Shown here: positions 50,136 through 61,037 of the stretch, one piece after another | How the letters are laid out: each line of letters opens with the position of its first letter | How positions within the stretch are numbered: the first letter of the stretch is position 1 | Assembly (NCBI GenBank): GCA_028826165.1 | Contig: JAPDFW010000077.1 | Location: 345,258 to 409,257 of the forward strand | Length of the DNA stretch: 64,000 nt | Source of the DNA: Anaeramoeba ignava BMAN | Taxonomy: Eukaryota > Protista > Anaeramoebae | Reading direction: 5' to 3' | The notes under the pieces: model-generated | Told to the model about the DNA's origin: nothing | Seen by the model: the letters and a program-made list of their open reading frames with translations, nothing else | Databases searched by the model: none | Position numbers and translations under genes: made by a program

Positions 50136-52817
50136 ATGTCAAAATCAAAACTTTCTGATTTAGATATTTTTTCCGATTTATCTCCTCAAACAATTTATTT
50201 GATTAAATCCGTTGATGATATTGTTGTTCGTTCAATAATTGATCAATCTTTAGAAGAACTTGAACAATCAATTCCAAATAATTTAAAATCAATAAAAAAA
50301 AATTCCAGTGAAAAAAATACAAAACAAAATGAAGGAAATCAAATTCAATTCAAAGATTTGTTAAATAATTATAAAGAAGAGGAAGATGATGATGAATTTA
50401 TTCCAAATCAAAACGGAAATAATTTAAAAATGAATAATTTTGAACCAAATGCAAAAAATAAAAAGAAAATTCAACCTGAAAAAATGTCTTTTCATCAATT
50501 AATTGAATCAAATGAACCTGTAGCAAAACATACAAGAAAAAGAGTTGTAATTTCTCAAGAAATGAATGACCAATTTATTTCAGAATTGGATAATAAATTA
50601 GAACAAATTGAAAAGCAATTTAGTGTTAGATTACAAACAAAAAGAGAAAAAGAAGTTTATGAAGATTTTTTAAATTGGTTTCTTGGATTCAATGCTTTTT
50701 ATTTAAGACAAAATTCCGAATTTTTATTAAATCAAAATCAAAAAAATCAAAATCAAAATCAAAATCAAAATCAAAAAAATCAAAATCAAAAAAATCAAAA
50801 TCAAAAAAATCAAAAAAATCAAAAAAATCAAAAAAATCAAAATCAAAAAAATCAAAAAAATCAAAAAAAGAAATTCAAATATTCTCATCTTTTTGAAGAT
50901 GAAACTGATGATGAAAGTGATTATGATGAAAATGATGAAAATGAAAAAATATTAACAAAAGATTTGAAAAATGGTCTTCCATTTAGAAAAGTGAATTTAA
51001 AATATCATTTCAAAAACAAGAAAAAACCAAGATTTAGAAGCAAGAAAAAATTCCATCAACAAGTTCTCGAGAATTTACATTCAGATTCTGATTCAAATTT
51101 AGATGAAAATTCAAGTGAGAATTCGAAATTAGAAATGGATATAATTTTAGAATCAAAATCAAATTCTAATAAAAATCAAAATCAAAATCAAAATCAAAAT
51201 CAAAATCAAAATATTAATTCAGATTCAGATTCAAATGATCCTGATTTTGTTTTGGAAAAAGATAACATTGAAGAAGTTGATGAATTTTTGCATGAACCAA
51301 AAAGAGAAATACTTGATAATTTAAGAGAATTGGCACCTCAATATTATCTCCATCAAAATCAAGTTATTCCACAATCAGTTTTATCAGAAATCAATCCAAA
51401 ACTACTTGAAAAAAAATTACAAAATGAAAATCAAAATCAAAATAGTCAAAATCAAAATAAAGAAAATCAAAATCCAAATAAAGAAAATGAAATCAATTTA
51501 ATGGAAGGATTCCCAGTATCTATTGAAAAGGAATTAACAAGAAAACAAGCACAAAAATTGAAACAAATCATCCCAAAATATTTAGCACTTGTGGTTCAAA
51601 ATTTATTGCTAGCAAAAAACCAGAACGAACCGCAAATATTCAATGAAATGATTTCTCTTTTGGAAAATTTTATTCGAGCAAAAGATAAAAATTATACCTC
51701 AATGTTATTATCAATTCAAGTATTTGATTCAAAAGAAAATGATGAAGAAAAGGGAAAAAAGGGATTAGTACAACTTCCGAAGTTACCTAAAAGATTCACA
51801 ACAATACTCAACGTTCCACTTTTGGAAAATGTGCAGAAATTTTTGGAATTTATCAAAAATTCAAGTTTTGAAAAATTGAAATTTTCTCAAACAAAAATAT
51901 CTCAATATTTTCCAAAAGTGGAATTTTCATTGCTGTTTAATCCACCAGATAAAATTAACCGAAAATGCATTTTCACTGAGGCTGAAGATATGTTGATTAT
52001 TGTGGGATTGAAGCGTTTTGGGATGCAATTTAGCTTAATCCGAAAGCATTTAATCCCAACAAAAAATGAAAAACAAATTTATTTCAGATTCAAAAACATG
52101 AATACGAAGAAAAAACCGAATTTGATAAGAGATTATTTGGAGCAACAAGAGAAACCATTTACAAACGATGAAAACCTGAAGATTATAAGAGGAGTTGAAA
52201 TATTTGGAAAGAATTGGATCAAAATATCAAATGTGATGTTCCACAATAGAAATCCACATACACTTGAAAAACAATATTTAAAATTATTGAATGAATCAAA
52301 GAAAAGTCGAAAAATTGAGAAGAAGAAAAAAATACCAAAATTCCCATTTGTTTTCAAGCCAATCAAACCGTTACCAGATGCAAAGAAAAATCTTTTAAAA
52401 CTCCCATCAATTTCTATGACTGGAGTTGTTTCAAAACCGAAAAAAAAGAGAAGACCAAGAAGAAAAAGAAAATGGATTGAATCAAAAGTGTCTGAAGTTA
52501 TGAATAAACAAAAATACCCATCAAATTTACACTCTCAACAGAATAAAGCTGATTCAATTCCTGATGATATGTTTGAGAAAGAGGAATTGGATGAAAGTTC
52601 AGAAACAGAAACAAATACAGAAAGTTTTTTAAATGAGGAATTAACAACTGATTCTGAAGTTGAAACAAAATCAAAATCAAAATCAAAATCAAAATCAAAA
52701 TCCAAATCCAATTCTGAATTTGATTTTGATTTTAAATCAGATTCAGATTTTGATTCAGATTCAGATTCAGATTCAAGTTATTTACCATCAAGTAATCATA
52801 ATTCTGATTCAGATTGA
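50136..52817 (+). CDS. GON-4-like/DUO3-like protein with two Myb/SANT-like repeats
   Basis: PVAKHTRKR, YEDFL followed by an acidic tract, FTEAEDMLIIVGLKRFG...LIPTKNEKQIYFRFKN and PFTNDENLKIIRGVEIFGKNW. Start placed at MSKSK, after the T-rich leader. Confidence 0.78.
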   Translation: MSKSKLSDLDIFSDLSPQTIYLIKSVDDIVVRSIIDQSLEELEQSIPNNLKSIKKNSSEKNTKQNEGNQIQFKDLLNNYKEEEDDDEFIPNQNGNNLKMNNFEPNAKNKKKIQPEKMSFHQLIESNEPVAKHTRKRVVISQEMNDQFISELDNKLEQIEKQFSVRLQTKREKEVYEDFLNWFLGFNAFYLRQNSEFLLNQNQKNQNQNQNQNQKNQNQKNQNQKNQKNQKNQKNQNQKNQKNQKKKFKYSHLFEDETDDESDYDENDENEKILTKDLKNGLPFRKVNLKYHFKNKKKPRFRSKKKFHQQVLENLHSDSDSNLDENSSENSKLEMDIILESKSNSNKNQNQNQNQNQNQNINSDSDSNDPDFVLEKDNIEEVDEFLHEPKREILDNLRELAPQYYLHQNQVIPQSVLSEINPKLLEKKLQNENQNQNSQNQNKENQNPNKENEINLMEGFPVSIEKELTRKQAQKLKQIIPKYLALVVQNLLLAKNQNEPQIFNEMISLLENFIRAKDKNYTSMLLSIQVFDSKENDEEKGKKGLVQLPKLPKRFTTILNVPLLENVQKFLEFIKNSSFEKLKFSQTKISQYFPKVEFSLLFNPPDKINRKCIFTEAEDMLIIVGLKRFGMQFSLIRKHLIPTKNEKQIYFRFKNMNTKKKPNLIRDYLEQQEKPFTNDENLKIIRGVEIFGKNWIKISNVMFHNRNPHTLEKQYLKLLNESKKSRKIEKKKKIPKFPFVFKPIKPLPDAKKNLLKLPSISMTGVVSKPKKKRRPRRKRKWIESKVSEVMNKQKYPSNLHSQQNKADSIPDDMFEKEELDESSETETNTESFLNEELTTDSEVETKSKSKSKSKSKSKSNSEFDFDFKSDSDFDSDSDSDSSYLPSSNHNSDSD

Positions 52818-52931
52818 AATAATATTATTTTTAATTATTTTTTTTTTAATTATTTTTTGTTTTCATCATTAAAAAAAAAGAATGGAATCAAATCAAAATA
52901 TTTGCTTTCTTTTCTTCTTTCTTTGTTTTCT

Positions 52932-55900
52932 TCATTTTTTTTGTTTTTGAGGATTAAAATCTTTCAAACAACCATAATGAACAACATGGCCAGTTGGGAA
53001 TCTTGCAACAACAGAAGCACCAAGTTTTTCTTTGCATTTATCACATTTAGTTTTAGGGATAATTTTCAATTTTTGCTTTTCCAAATTTTTCAATTTCCAA
53101 TCGGAAAGTAAAGATTCATTTTTCTTTAAATTTTTAAAAATTTGAGAATGTCTTTTTTGATGAGCAAGTTCTCGAATAGAAATTGATAAAAAGGAACTAA
53201 TTTCAGAAAGAGGAAGATCATCAGGCAATTTTTTAAGAACATTTGCTGGATTCAATTCACAAGAGTGTTTATTGATAATTGCGATTGCATCATCAATTAA
53301 AGGAGCAGAATTATCAGGAGGATATAAAGAAAGACAAACAAGTTCCAATAATTTTTCCTGATGATTTTTTGGATTTGGATCTTCACAATATTTTTCAGCA
53401 TCTCCACGATTCCCCATTTTGTGGATTAAAATATTCAATCCATCACGATATCGACCCATTTTTTCAAGTAAAATTGTTTCCTCTTCAAACAATGAACTTC
53501 CTTTAATTTTTTCAAACAAAATTTCTGGGTCGTAATAATTGGATGTTTGCAAAAGAAGAATCAATTTTTTGCGTGTTGAGCCTAGAACACCATACTCGGT
53601 TCCAGGAACAGGTCTATTTTTTCCTTTGGGTTGCTTGCCATCATCCCGAGGCACTATTGCCAATAATATTTCCACAAAATGCATTGCTAATTGGTTGTGC
53701 AATTTTTTGTCTGTGTTTTTTTCTGTAAAAATTGTGAATTCCAAATAACGAAATTTCATTTCATCATCTTTAAATTGAGCCAAATAATCCAAAACATCGT
53801 TTGCTTTTAAAGGTGTTTCTCTTTTTTCGCTTGTGAATATTTTGATCCCAATATTCGGTGATTTTTCAAGAACCCAACGTGAAAACGCCCAAATCAAATT
53901 TGGATCGCTCAACTCAATCAAGCAACTGACTGTTTCGTTGATTCCGTTTTGCCCTTCTTGTTTGAATTTTTGTGATCCTAAATTTGCCCATATTTCAAGT
54001 GCTGTTCGATAATTTTTTTTGCCTTTATAAACATTTGCAAGTTCGGAATACATTTTGCGATCCAAAAAAAAGTCTTTCAAATCAGTCAAATCGCAGAAAT
54101 TTTCTGATTCAACAAATTGAGAGAATTTCATGGGATCAAGAGTTGAATAAAATTTTGTGAGTGCAGTATCAATTTCAATTAGAATTGATTTGGCTTCACT
54201 TTTAAGTTGATTTTTGAGTTTGATTTGATTTTCTCTTTCTTCCTTTTCTTTATTATTTTGATTATTATTATTATTATCATTATCATCATCAAAATCATTA
54301 TTATTATTTTCATCTTGATTGATTTGAATAATATTTTCATCCACTTTATTTTCTTCATAAATTTTCTGGTATTTTTCTCTTTCCTTTTCAATAAAAATAA
54401 CAGTTTTTGTTGTAAATTGTTCAAGGTATCTCTTCAAAGTTGGTTCAAAACGGTTGACAGCTTTCAAGTCTTTTTCGTGAGGAATATTTGATAAAATGAT
54501 TGATTCAATAAATACTGGCACATCATGTCCAGTGAATGGGTTTGTTGGTTTGTATTCACTTTTTTTTAATAAATGTTGTGGAAATAAAGAGATTAATTCT
54601 CTTGGGTCTAAATTTCCTTTATAAAAGTGTTCAAATGCTTCGTCAAATAATAAATCTTTGACAAGCATGTATCCAACTTTGAGGTGGATTAAAAGAAGTT
54701 TTTTTTTGTGATCTTGAAGAGATGTTTGATTATCTTTTGGTGCACTTTTTTCGTATAATTCGAGTGCTTTTGTGTATTGATGTTTTTCGATTAATTGGTC
54801 TACCTTTTTTTAATATAATTTTTTAATATAATTTCAAAATGAATTTTAATTTTAATTTCAAAATGAATTTTAATTTTAATTTGATTTCAAAATGAATTTT
54901 AATTTTAATTTGAATTTCAAAATGAATTTTAATTTCAATTTTAATTTTAATTTCAATTTTAATTTTAATTTTAATTTCAATTTCAAAATGAATTTTAATT
55001 TCAATTTCAAAATGAATTTTAATTTCAATTTTAATTTCAAAATGAATTTTAATTTTAATTTTAATTTCAAAATGAATTTTAATTTCAATTTCAATTTTAA
55101 TTTTAATTTCAAAATGAATTTTAATTTCAATTTTAATTTTAAAATGAATTTTAATTTTAATTTCAATTTTAATTTTAATTTCAAAATGAATTTTAATTTC
55201 AATTTTAATTTTAATTTCAAAATGAATTTTAATTTTAATTTGATTTCAAAATGAATTTTAATTTTAATTTTAATTTCAAAATGAATTTTAATTTTAATTT
55301 TAATTTCAAAATGAATTTTAATTTTAATTTTAATTTCAAAATGAATTTTAATTTTAATTTCAATTTTAATTTCAATTTTAATTTTCTACTTGTGTTTCGA
55401 TTGGTATTTTTAATAATGCAAATATTTCTGTTCTTGTTGCTATAAAAGCAAATGGATCAGATATTGTTATTGACTGAACTTGAAGAAGTGATAATGATTG
55501 TAATAATCTTTGATCATACCAACTGTGAATTGTAATTTCTTTTGGAAGAATTCCGATAACAAAAGGAGTTAAATAATCTTTTAAATTTTGTTTTAAATTT
55601 TGTTTTAAATTTTGTTTTAAATTTAATTATAAATTTAATTATAAATTGAATTATAAATATAATTATAAATATAATTATAAATATAATTATATATTTAATT
55701 ATAAATTTAATTATAAATATAATTATATATTTAATTATAAATTTAATTATAAATTTAATTATAAATTTAATTATAAATTTAATTATAAATTTAATTATAA
55801 ATATAATTATAAATATAATTATAAATTTAATTATAAATTTAATTATAAATTTAAATATAAATATAATTATAAATTTAATTACAAATTTAATTATAAATTG

Positions 55901-58898
55901 AATTATAAATTTAATTACAAATTTAATTATAAATATAATTATAAATATAATTATAAATTGAATTATAAATTTCATTATAAATTTAATTATAAATTTAATT
56001 ATAAATTTAATTATAAATTTAATTATAAATTTAATTATAAATTTAATTATAAATTGAATTATAAATTTAATTATAAATTTAATTACAAATTTTATTACAA
56101 ATTTAATTATAAATTTAATTATAAATTTAATTATAAATATAATTATAAATTTAATTATAAATTTTGTTTTTAAATTTAATTATAAATATAATTATAAATT
56201 GAATTATAAATTTAATTATAAATATAATTATAAATTTAATTATAAATTTGATTACAAATTTAATTATAAATATAATTATAAATTTAATTATAAATTTAAT
56301 TACAAATTTAATTATAAATTTAATTATAAATTTAATTATAAATTTAATTATGAATTAATTATAAATTTAATTATAAATTTAATTATAAATATAATTATAA
56401 ATTGAATTATAAATATAATTATAAATTTAATTATAAATTTTGTGTTGAATTTAATTATAAATATAATTATAAATTTAATTATAAATTGAATTATAAATTT
56501 AATTATAAATATAATTATAAATATAATTATAAATTTAATTATAAATATAATTATAAATTTAATTATAAATATAATTATAAATATAATTATAAATTTAATT
56601 ATAAATATAATTATAAATTGAATTATAAATATAATTATAAATTTAATTATAAATTTTGTGTTGAATTTAATTATAAATTTAATTATAAATTTAATTATAA
56701 ATTTAATTATAAATTTAATTATAAATTTAATTATAAATTTAATTATAAATTTAATTATAAATTTAATTATAAATATAATTATAAATTTAATTATAAATTT
56801 AATTACAAATTTAATTATAAATTTAATTATAAATTTAATTATAAATTTAATTATAAATTTAATTATAAATTTAATTATAAATATAATTATAAATATAATT
56901 ATAAATTTAATTATAAATTTTATTATAAATTTAATTATAAATTTAATTATAAATTTAATTATAAATTTAATTATAAATTTTATTATAAATTTTATTATAA
57001 ATTTGATTATAAATTTAATTATAAATTTTGTGTTGAATTTAATTATAAATTTAATTATAAATTTTGTGTTGAATTTAATTATAAATTTAATTATAAATAT
57101 AATTATAAATATAATTATAAATTTAATTATAAATATAGTTATAAATTTCATTATAAATATAATTATAAATTTAATTATAAATATAATTATAAATTTAATT
57201 ATAAATTTAATTATAAATTTAATTATAAATTTAATTATAAATTTAATTATAAATTTAATTATAAATTTAATTATAAATTTAATTATAAATTTAATTATAA
57301 ATTTAATTATAAATTTAATTATAAATTTAATTATAAATTTAATTATAAATTGAATTATAAATTTAATTATAAATTTCATTATAAATTTGATTATAAATTG
57401 AATTATAAATTTAATTATAAATTTAATTATAAATTTTGTGTTGAATTTAATTATAAATTTAATTATAAATTTAATTATAAATTTAATTATGAATTAATTA
57501 TAAATTTAATTATGAATTAATTATAAATTTAAATATAAATATAATTATAAATTTAATTACAAATTTAATTATAAATTGAATTATAAATTTAATTATAAAT
57601 ATAATTATAAATATAATTATAAATATAATTATAAATTGAATTATAAATTTCATTATAAATTTAATTATAAATTTAATTATAAATTTAATTATAAATTTAA
57701 TTATAAATTTAATTATAAATTTAATTATAAATTTAATTATAAATTTAATTATAAATTTAATTATAAATTTAATTACAAATTTTATTACAAATTTAATTAT
57801 AAATTTAATTATAAATTTAATTATAAATATAATTATAAATTTAATTATAAATTTTGTTTTTAAATTTAATTATAAATATAATTATAAATTGAATTATAAA
57901 TTTAATTATAAATATAATTATAAATTTGATTATAAATTTGATTACAAATTTAATTATAAATATAATTATAAATTTAATTATAAATTTAATTACAAATTTA
58001 ATTATAAATTTAATTATAAATTTAATTATGAATTAATTATAAATTTAATTATAAATTTAATTATAAATATAATTATAAATTGAATTATAAATATAATTAT
58101 AAATTTAATTATAAATTTTGTGTTGAATTTAATTATAAATTTAATTATAAATTTAATTATAAATTTAATTATAAATTTAATTATAAATTTAATTATAAAT
58201 TTACCAGCACGAATAGGAGTATCTGACCAAGCAACTGAACCACGAGAAGGTTCACCTCTAAGAGTAACAACAACACCGACCTTATCATCAACCAATAAAA
58301 ACTCTTTTGAATCTGAAAGAAAAATAATATGAGGTTTTGCTCTTGACAAAGCAAACATTTCCTTTACATCTCCAGCAGAGACAGAAATGAGCCTATAGCC
58401 GCGTTGGTACCCGACAAAGATAGAGTTGCCGTACCATTCTATTGCAATAGGAGGCTCTGGCATAAGCAGTTCTTTAAATACTTTATATTCACCATTTCGA
58501 AAGTTAAAAAGTTTCATTCTTTTTGATAAACAAATACAAAATCGTCGATCTCGCTTCTTCAAATCCACACAAAAATTTTTCACCCCATTTTTCTGTATCA
58601 CATCAATCTCGTCAAGTGAATTTGTTGAGTAGTGCTTGAGCTTGGAGTCACACAAAACGAACAAATGGTCTTGGTTCAAAATTACTAGTTTTTCAACTGG
58701 TTTTTTTCCGATTTTAACTTGAGTTATAAATCTAAATGACGGTTTGATTTCATCATCTTTTTGTGTGTTTTGATAGAGTATTAAATTCCCATCTGTTGTT
58801 CCAATTATAATCTTCTCGTTTTTCCAATTCGCAAATGTGTTCAATGTTTTGGATTGTTGATCAATATTTGTTGGAATTAAATCAAATGCTTGTAACAT
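52932..58898 (-). CDS. VPS39: Vps39/Vam6/TGFBRAP1-family HOPS/CORVET subunit (CNH, clathrin repeat, C-terminal Zn finger), 3 exons
   Basis: Exons 58898-58205, 55577-55390 and 54803-52932 join in frame. Motifs IIIGTTDGNL, LDPRELISLFP, IDTALTK, LIWAFSRWVL, YLEF, LHNQLA, AEKYC and CDKC...ARFPTGHVVHYGC. Vps39 versus Vps3/TGFBRAP1 is not resolved. Confidence 0.85.
54830..55385 (-). repeat. Intronic 18-30-bp compound repeat built from hexamers (TTTCAAAATGAATTTTAA...)
   Basis: Visible repeat in intron 2 of the Vps39-family gene. Confidence 0.88.
55620..58200. repeat. ~2.6-kb intronic 12-bp tandem array (TATAAATTTAAT)n
   Basis: Fills intron 1 (58204-55578) of the Vps39-family gene. Confidence 0.95.
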
Positions 58899-58969
58899 TA
58901 AAATTAAAATTAAAATAAAAATGAAAATGAAAAAATGAAAAATGAAAAAAATGAAAAATTAAAAATTAA

Positions 58970-59009
58970 AATTCCAAAATTATTTTTTCATTTTTTTTCT
59001 TTTTCAAAA
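58970..59009 (+). promoter_or_regulatory. Conserved upstream element AATTCCAAAA..TTTTTTCATTTTTTT.CTTTT..AAAA-ATG (candidate initiator-type core promoter)
   Basis: Near-identical before RCC1-BTB copies 3-7; the TTTCATTTT core precedes most ATGs in the window. Function is inferred. Confidence 0.5.
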
Positions 59010-60929
59010 ATGAATGATTGTTTATTTTTTGGTTCGAATACATCTCCAAAACTTATCAAAAATGAACCAAAAGAAATAAAAAAACCAATTCAATTTAAAT
59101 TTGAAAATGAAAATGAAAATGAAAATGAAAATGAAAATGAAAATGAAAATGAAAATGAAAAACAAATTAAACAAATTTCATCAAGTAATTTTGGAACAAT
59201 TTTCCTGTTTGAAAATGGAAAAGCAATAGAATATTTAAAAGAAAATGATTCAAATCAAAATCCTTCAAAAATCCAAATTGAAGAAAATATTCAAAAAGTA
59301 ACTGTTGGTCATGAAAATGAAGCTATTTTAACAATAGAAGGAAATGTATTTGCAAAAGGAAATAATATTAATCCAGATAACCCAAATGAATTTATCAATA
59401 TTTCATCATTAATTGAAGATATAAATGATAGAATAATTAAAGATATTGTTTCTGGATATAATTCAATTTACTTATTAACTTCAAATCAAAATGTTTATGG
59501 AATTGGTTCAAATGAATTAAGTCAACTTGGTTTTGATTATGAAACACTTGAAGAAACAGAAAAACCAATTTTAATGATGAAAAATGTTTCTAAAATATTT
59601 TCAGGAAATTCTTCAAATTTTGTTTTTCTTTTAAATTCAAATCAAGAATTATTTGGATGTGGTGATAACTATTATTATCAACTTGGATTAGGAGAATCAA
59701 GAAAAGAAGAAGAACAAATCCAAAAATTAACCAAAATCCAAAATATTCCAAAAGGCAAAATAATTGATATTCAATGTGGTGTTTCTTTTTCAATAATGTT
59801 GATTGAAATTGAAATTGAAGATGAAAATCAAAATGAAAATGAAAATCCAAAAAGAAAACTTTATTCATGTGGATATTATGAATATAATGGACTTGGCAAA
59901 ATACTTGAAAGTAATTATGAATTTACTGAAATCAAAACATCTTTATTTGAAAATGATGATAATATTCTTGATTTTTCTGTTGGATATAATCATACTTTGA
60001 TTTTAACTTCCAATTCAAAATTAATTGGATTTGGGGAGAATTCTTGGAGTCAATTAGGAACTAGAAATACAGAAATACAATTAATTCCAATTCAAATTGA
60101 ACTTCCTAAATTAAGATTTAATGAAAATATTTTCAATTATCATCTTTTTTGTGGATTTTTCAGTTCATTTCTTTACTATTCTCCTTCTTTTTCTAATCTT
60201 GAAGAAGATTTGATAAAACTATTTAGAAGAAAAGAATTTTGTGATATTTCATTTAAAACCAAAAATGGAGAAATAATTGAAGCTCATAAATTAATATTGA
60301 AATATAGATTAAATCAAAATCAAAATGAAAATAAAATTGAAAAACTTCAAGAAATTATTTCAAAAAAATCAATTAAAGAATCAAATCAAATATTTGAAAT
60401 GATTTATTCAAACAATTCCAAAATAAATCCAATATTATATTTAGAAATTAAAGAAATTATAAATTCAAATGAAAAAATTGAAGAAACAATGAAAAGAATT
60501 TATTTAAATGAAAATGAAAATGAAAATGAAAAAGATTTTATAATTGAAAGAAAAGAAAAACAATATAAATTTCCTAAATTAATATTAATAATGAGAAGTG
60601 AATTATATCGAGGAATGTTTTTATCTGTAACTGAAGATACTTCTAATAAAGTTACAGATTATAGTGAATTAAGTAATAAATCATTTCAAATATTAGAATA
60701 TTGGATTTATTCAAATCAAATTAAAGATGAAATTGAAATTACACAAGAAATAATTGAAGAAATTCAAATTGGAATTGATTATTTTCAATTAAATCAAACA
60801 AATCCAAATTTATTTGATTTATTAATTAACAAATTTAATAATCAAAATCAAATCAAAAAACAAAAAGAAGAAATCAAAATTAAAATTAAAAAAGAAGAAA
60901 AAGAAAAAGGAAAATGTTTGATTTTTTAA
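59010..60929 (+). CDS. RCC1-BTB-BTB protein, copy 5, CaaX (KGKCLIF)
   Basis: Intact ORF; start MNDCLFFG by homology. Confidence 0.9.
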   Translation: MNDCLFFGSNTSPKLIKNEPKEIKKPIQFKFENENENENENENENENENEKQIKQISSSNFGTIFLFENGKAIEYLKENDSNQNPSKIQIEENIQKVTVGHENEAILTIEGNVFAKGNNINPDNPNEFINISSLIEDINDRIIKDIVSGYNSIYLLTSNQNVYGIGSNELSQLGFDYETLEETEKPILMMKNVSKIFSGNSSNFVFLLNSNQELFGCGDNYYYQLGLGESRKEEEQIQKLTKIQNIPKGKIIDIQCGVSFSIMLIEIEIEDENQNENENPKRKLYSCGYYEYNGLGKILESNYEFTEIKTSLFENDDNILDFSVGYNHTLILTSNSKLIGFGENSWSQLGTRNTEIQLIPIQIELPKLRFNENIFNYHLFCGFFSSFLYYSPSFSNLEEDLIKLFRRKEFCDISFKTKNGEIIEAHKLILKYRLNQNQNENKIEKLQEIISKKSIKESNQIFEMIYSNNSKINPILYLEIKEIINSNEKIEETMKRIYLNENENENEKDFIIERKEKQYKFPKLILIMRSELYRGMFLSVTEDTSNKVTDYSELSNKSFQILEYWIYSNQIKDEIEITQEIIEEIQIGIDYFQLNQTNPNLFDLLINKFNNQNQIKKQKEEIKIKIKKEEKEKGKCLIF

Positions 60930-61037
60930 TTTAATTCTTTAATAATTTGGAATTAAAAAATTGAATTTAATAATCAAAATCAAAATTAAAAATTAAAATT
61001 CCAAAAACATTTTTTTCATTTTTTTTCTTTTTTAAAA

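Noticed and set aside
55514-58083. Long ORFs such as (FIIK)n, (NYKF)n and (LIIN)n; likewise the (IL)n, (KI)n, (FD)n and (FN)n ORFs elsewhere
   Set aside because: Translations of simple repeats in introns, intergenic DNA or alternative frames of NQ tracts.
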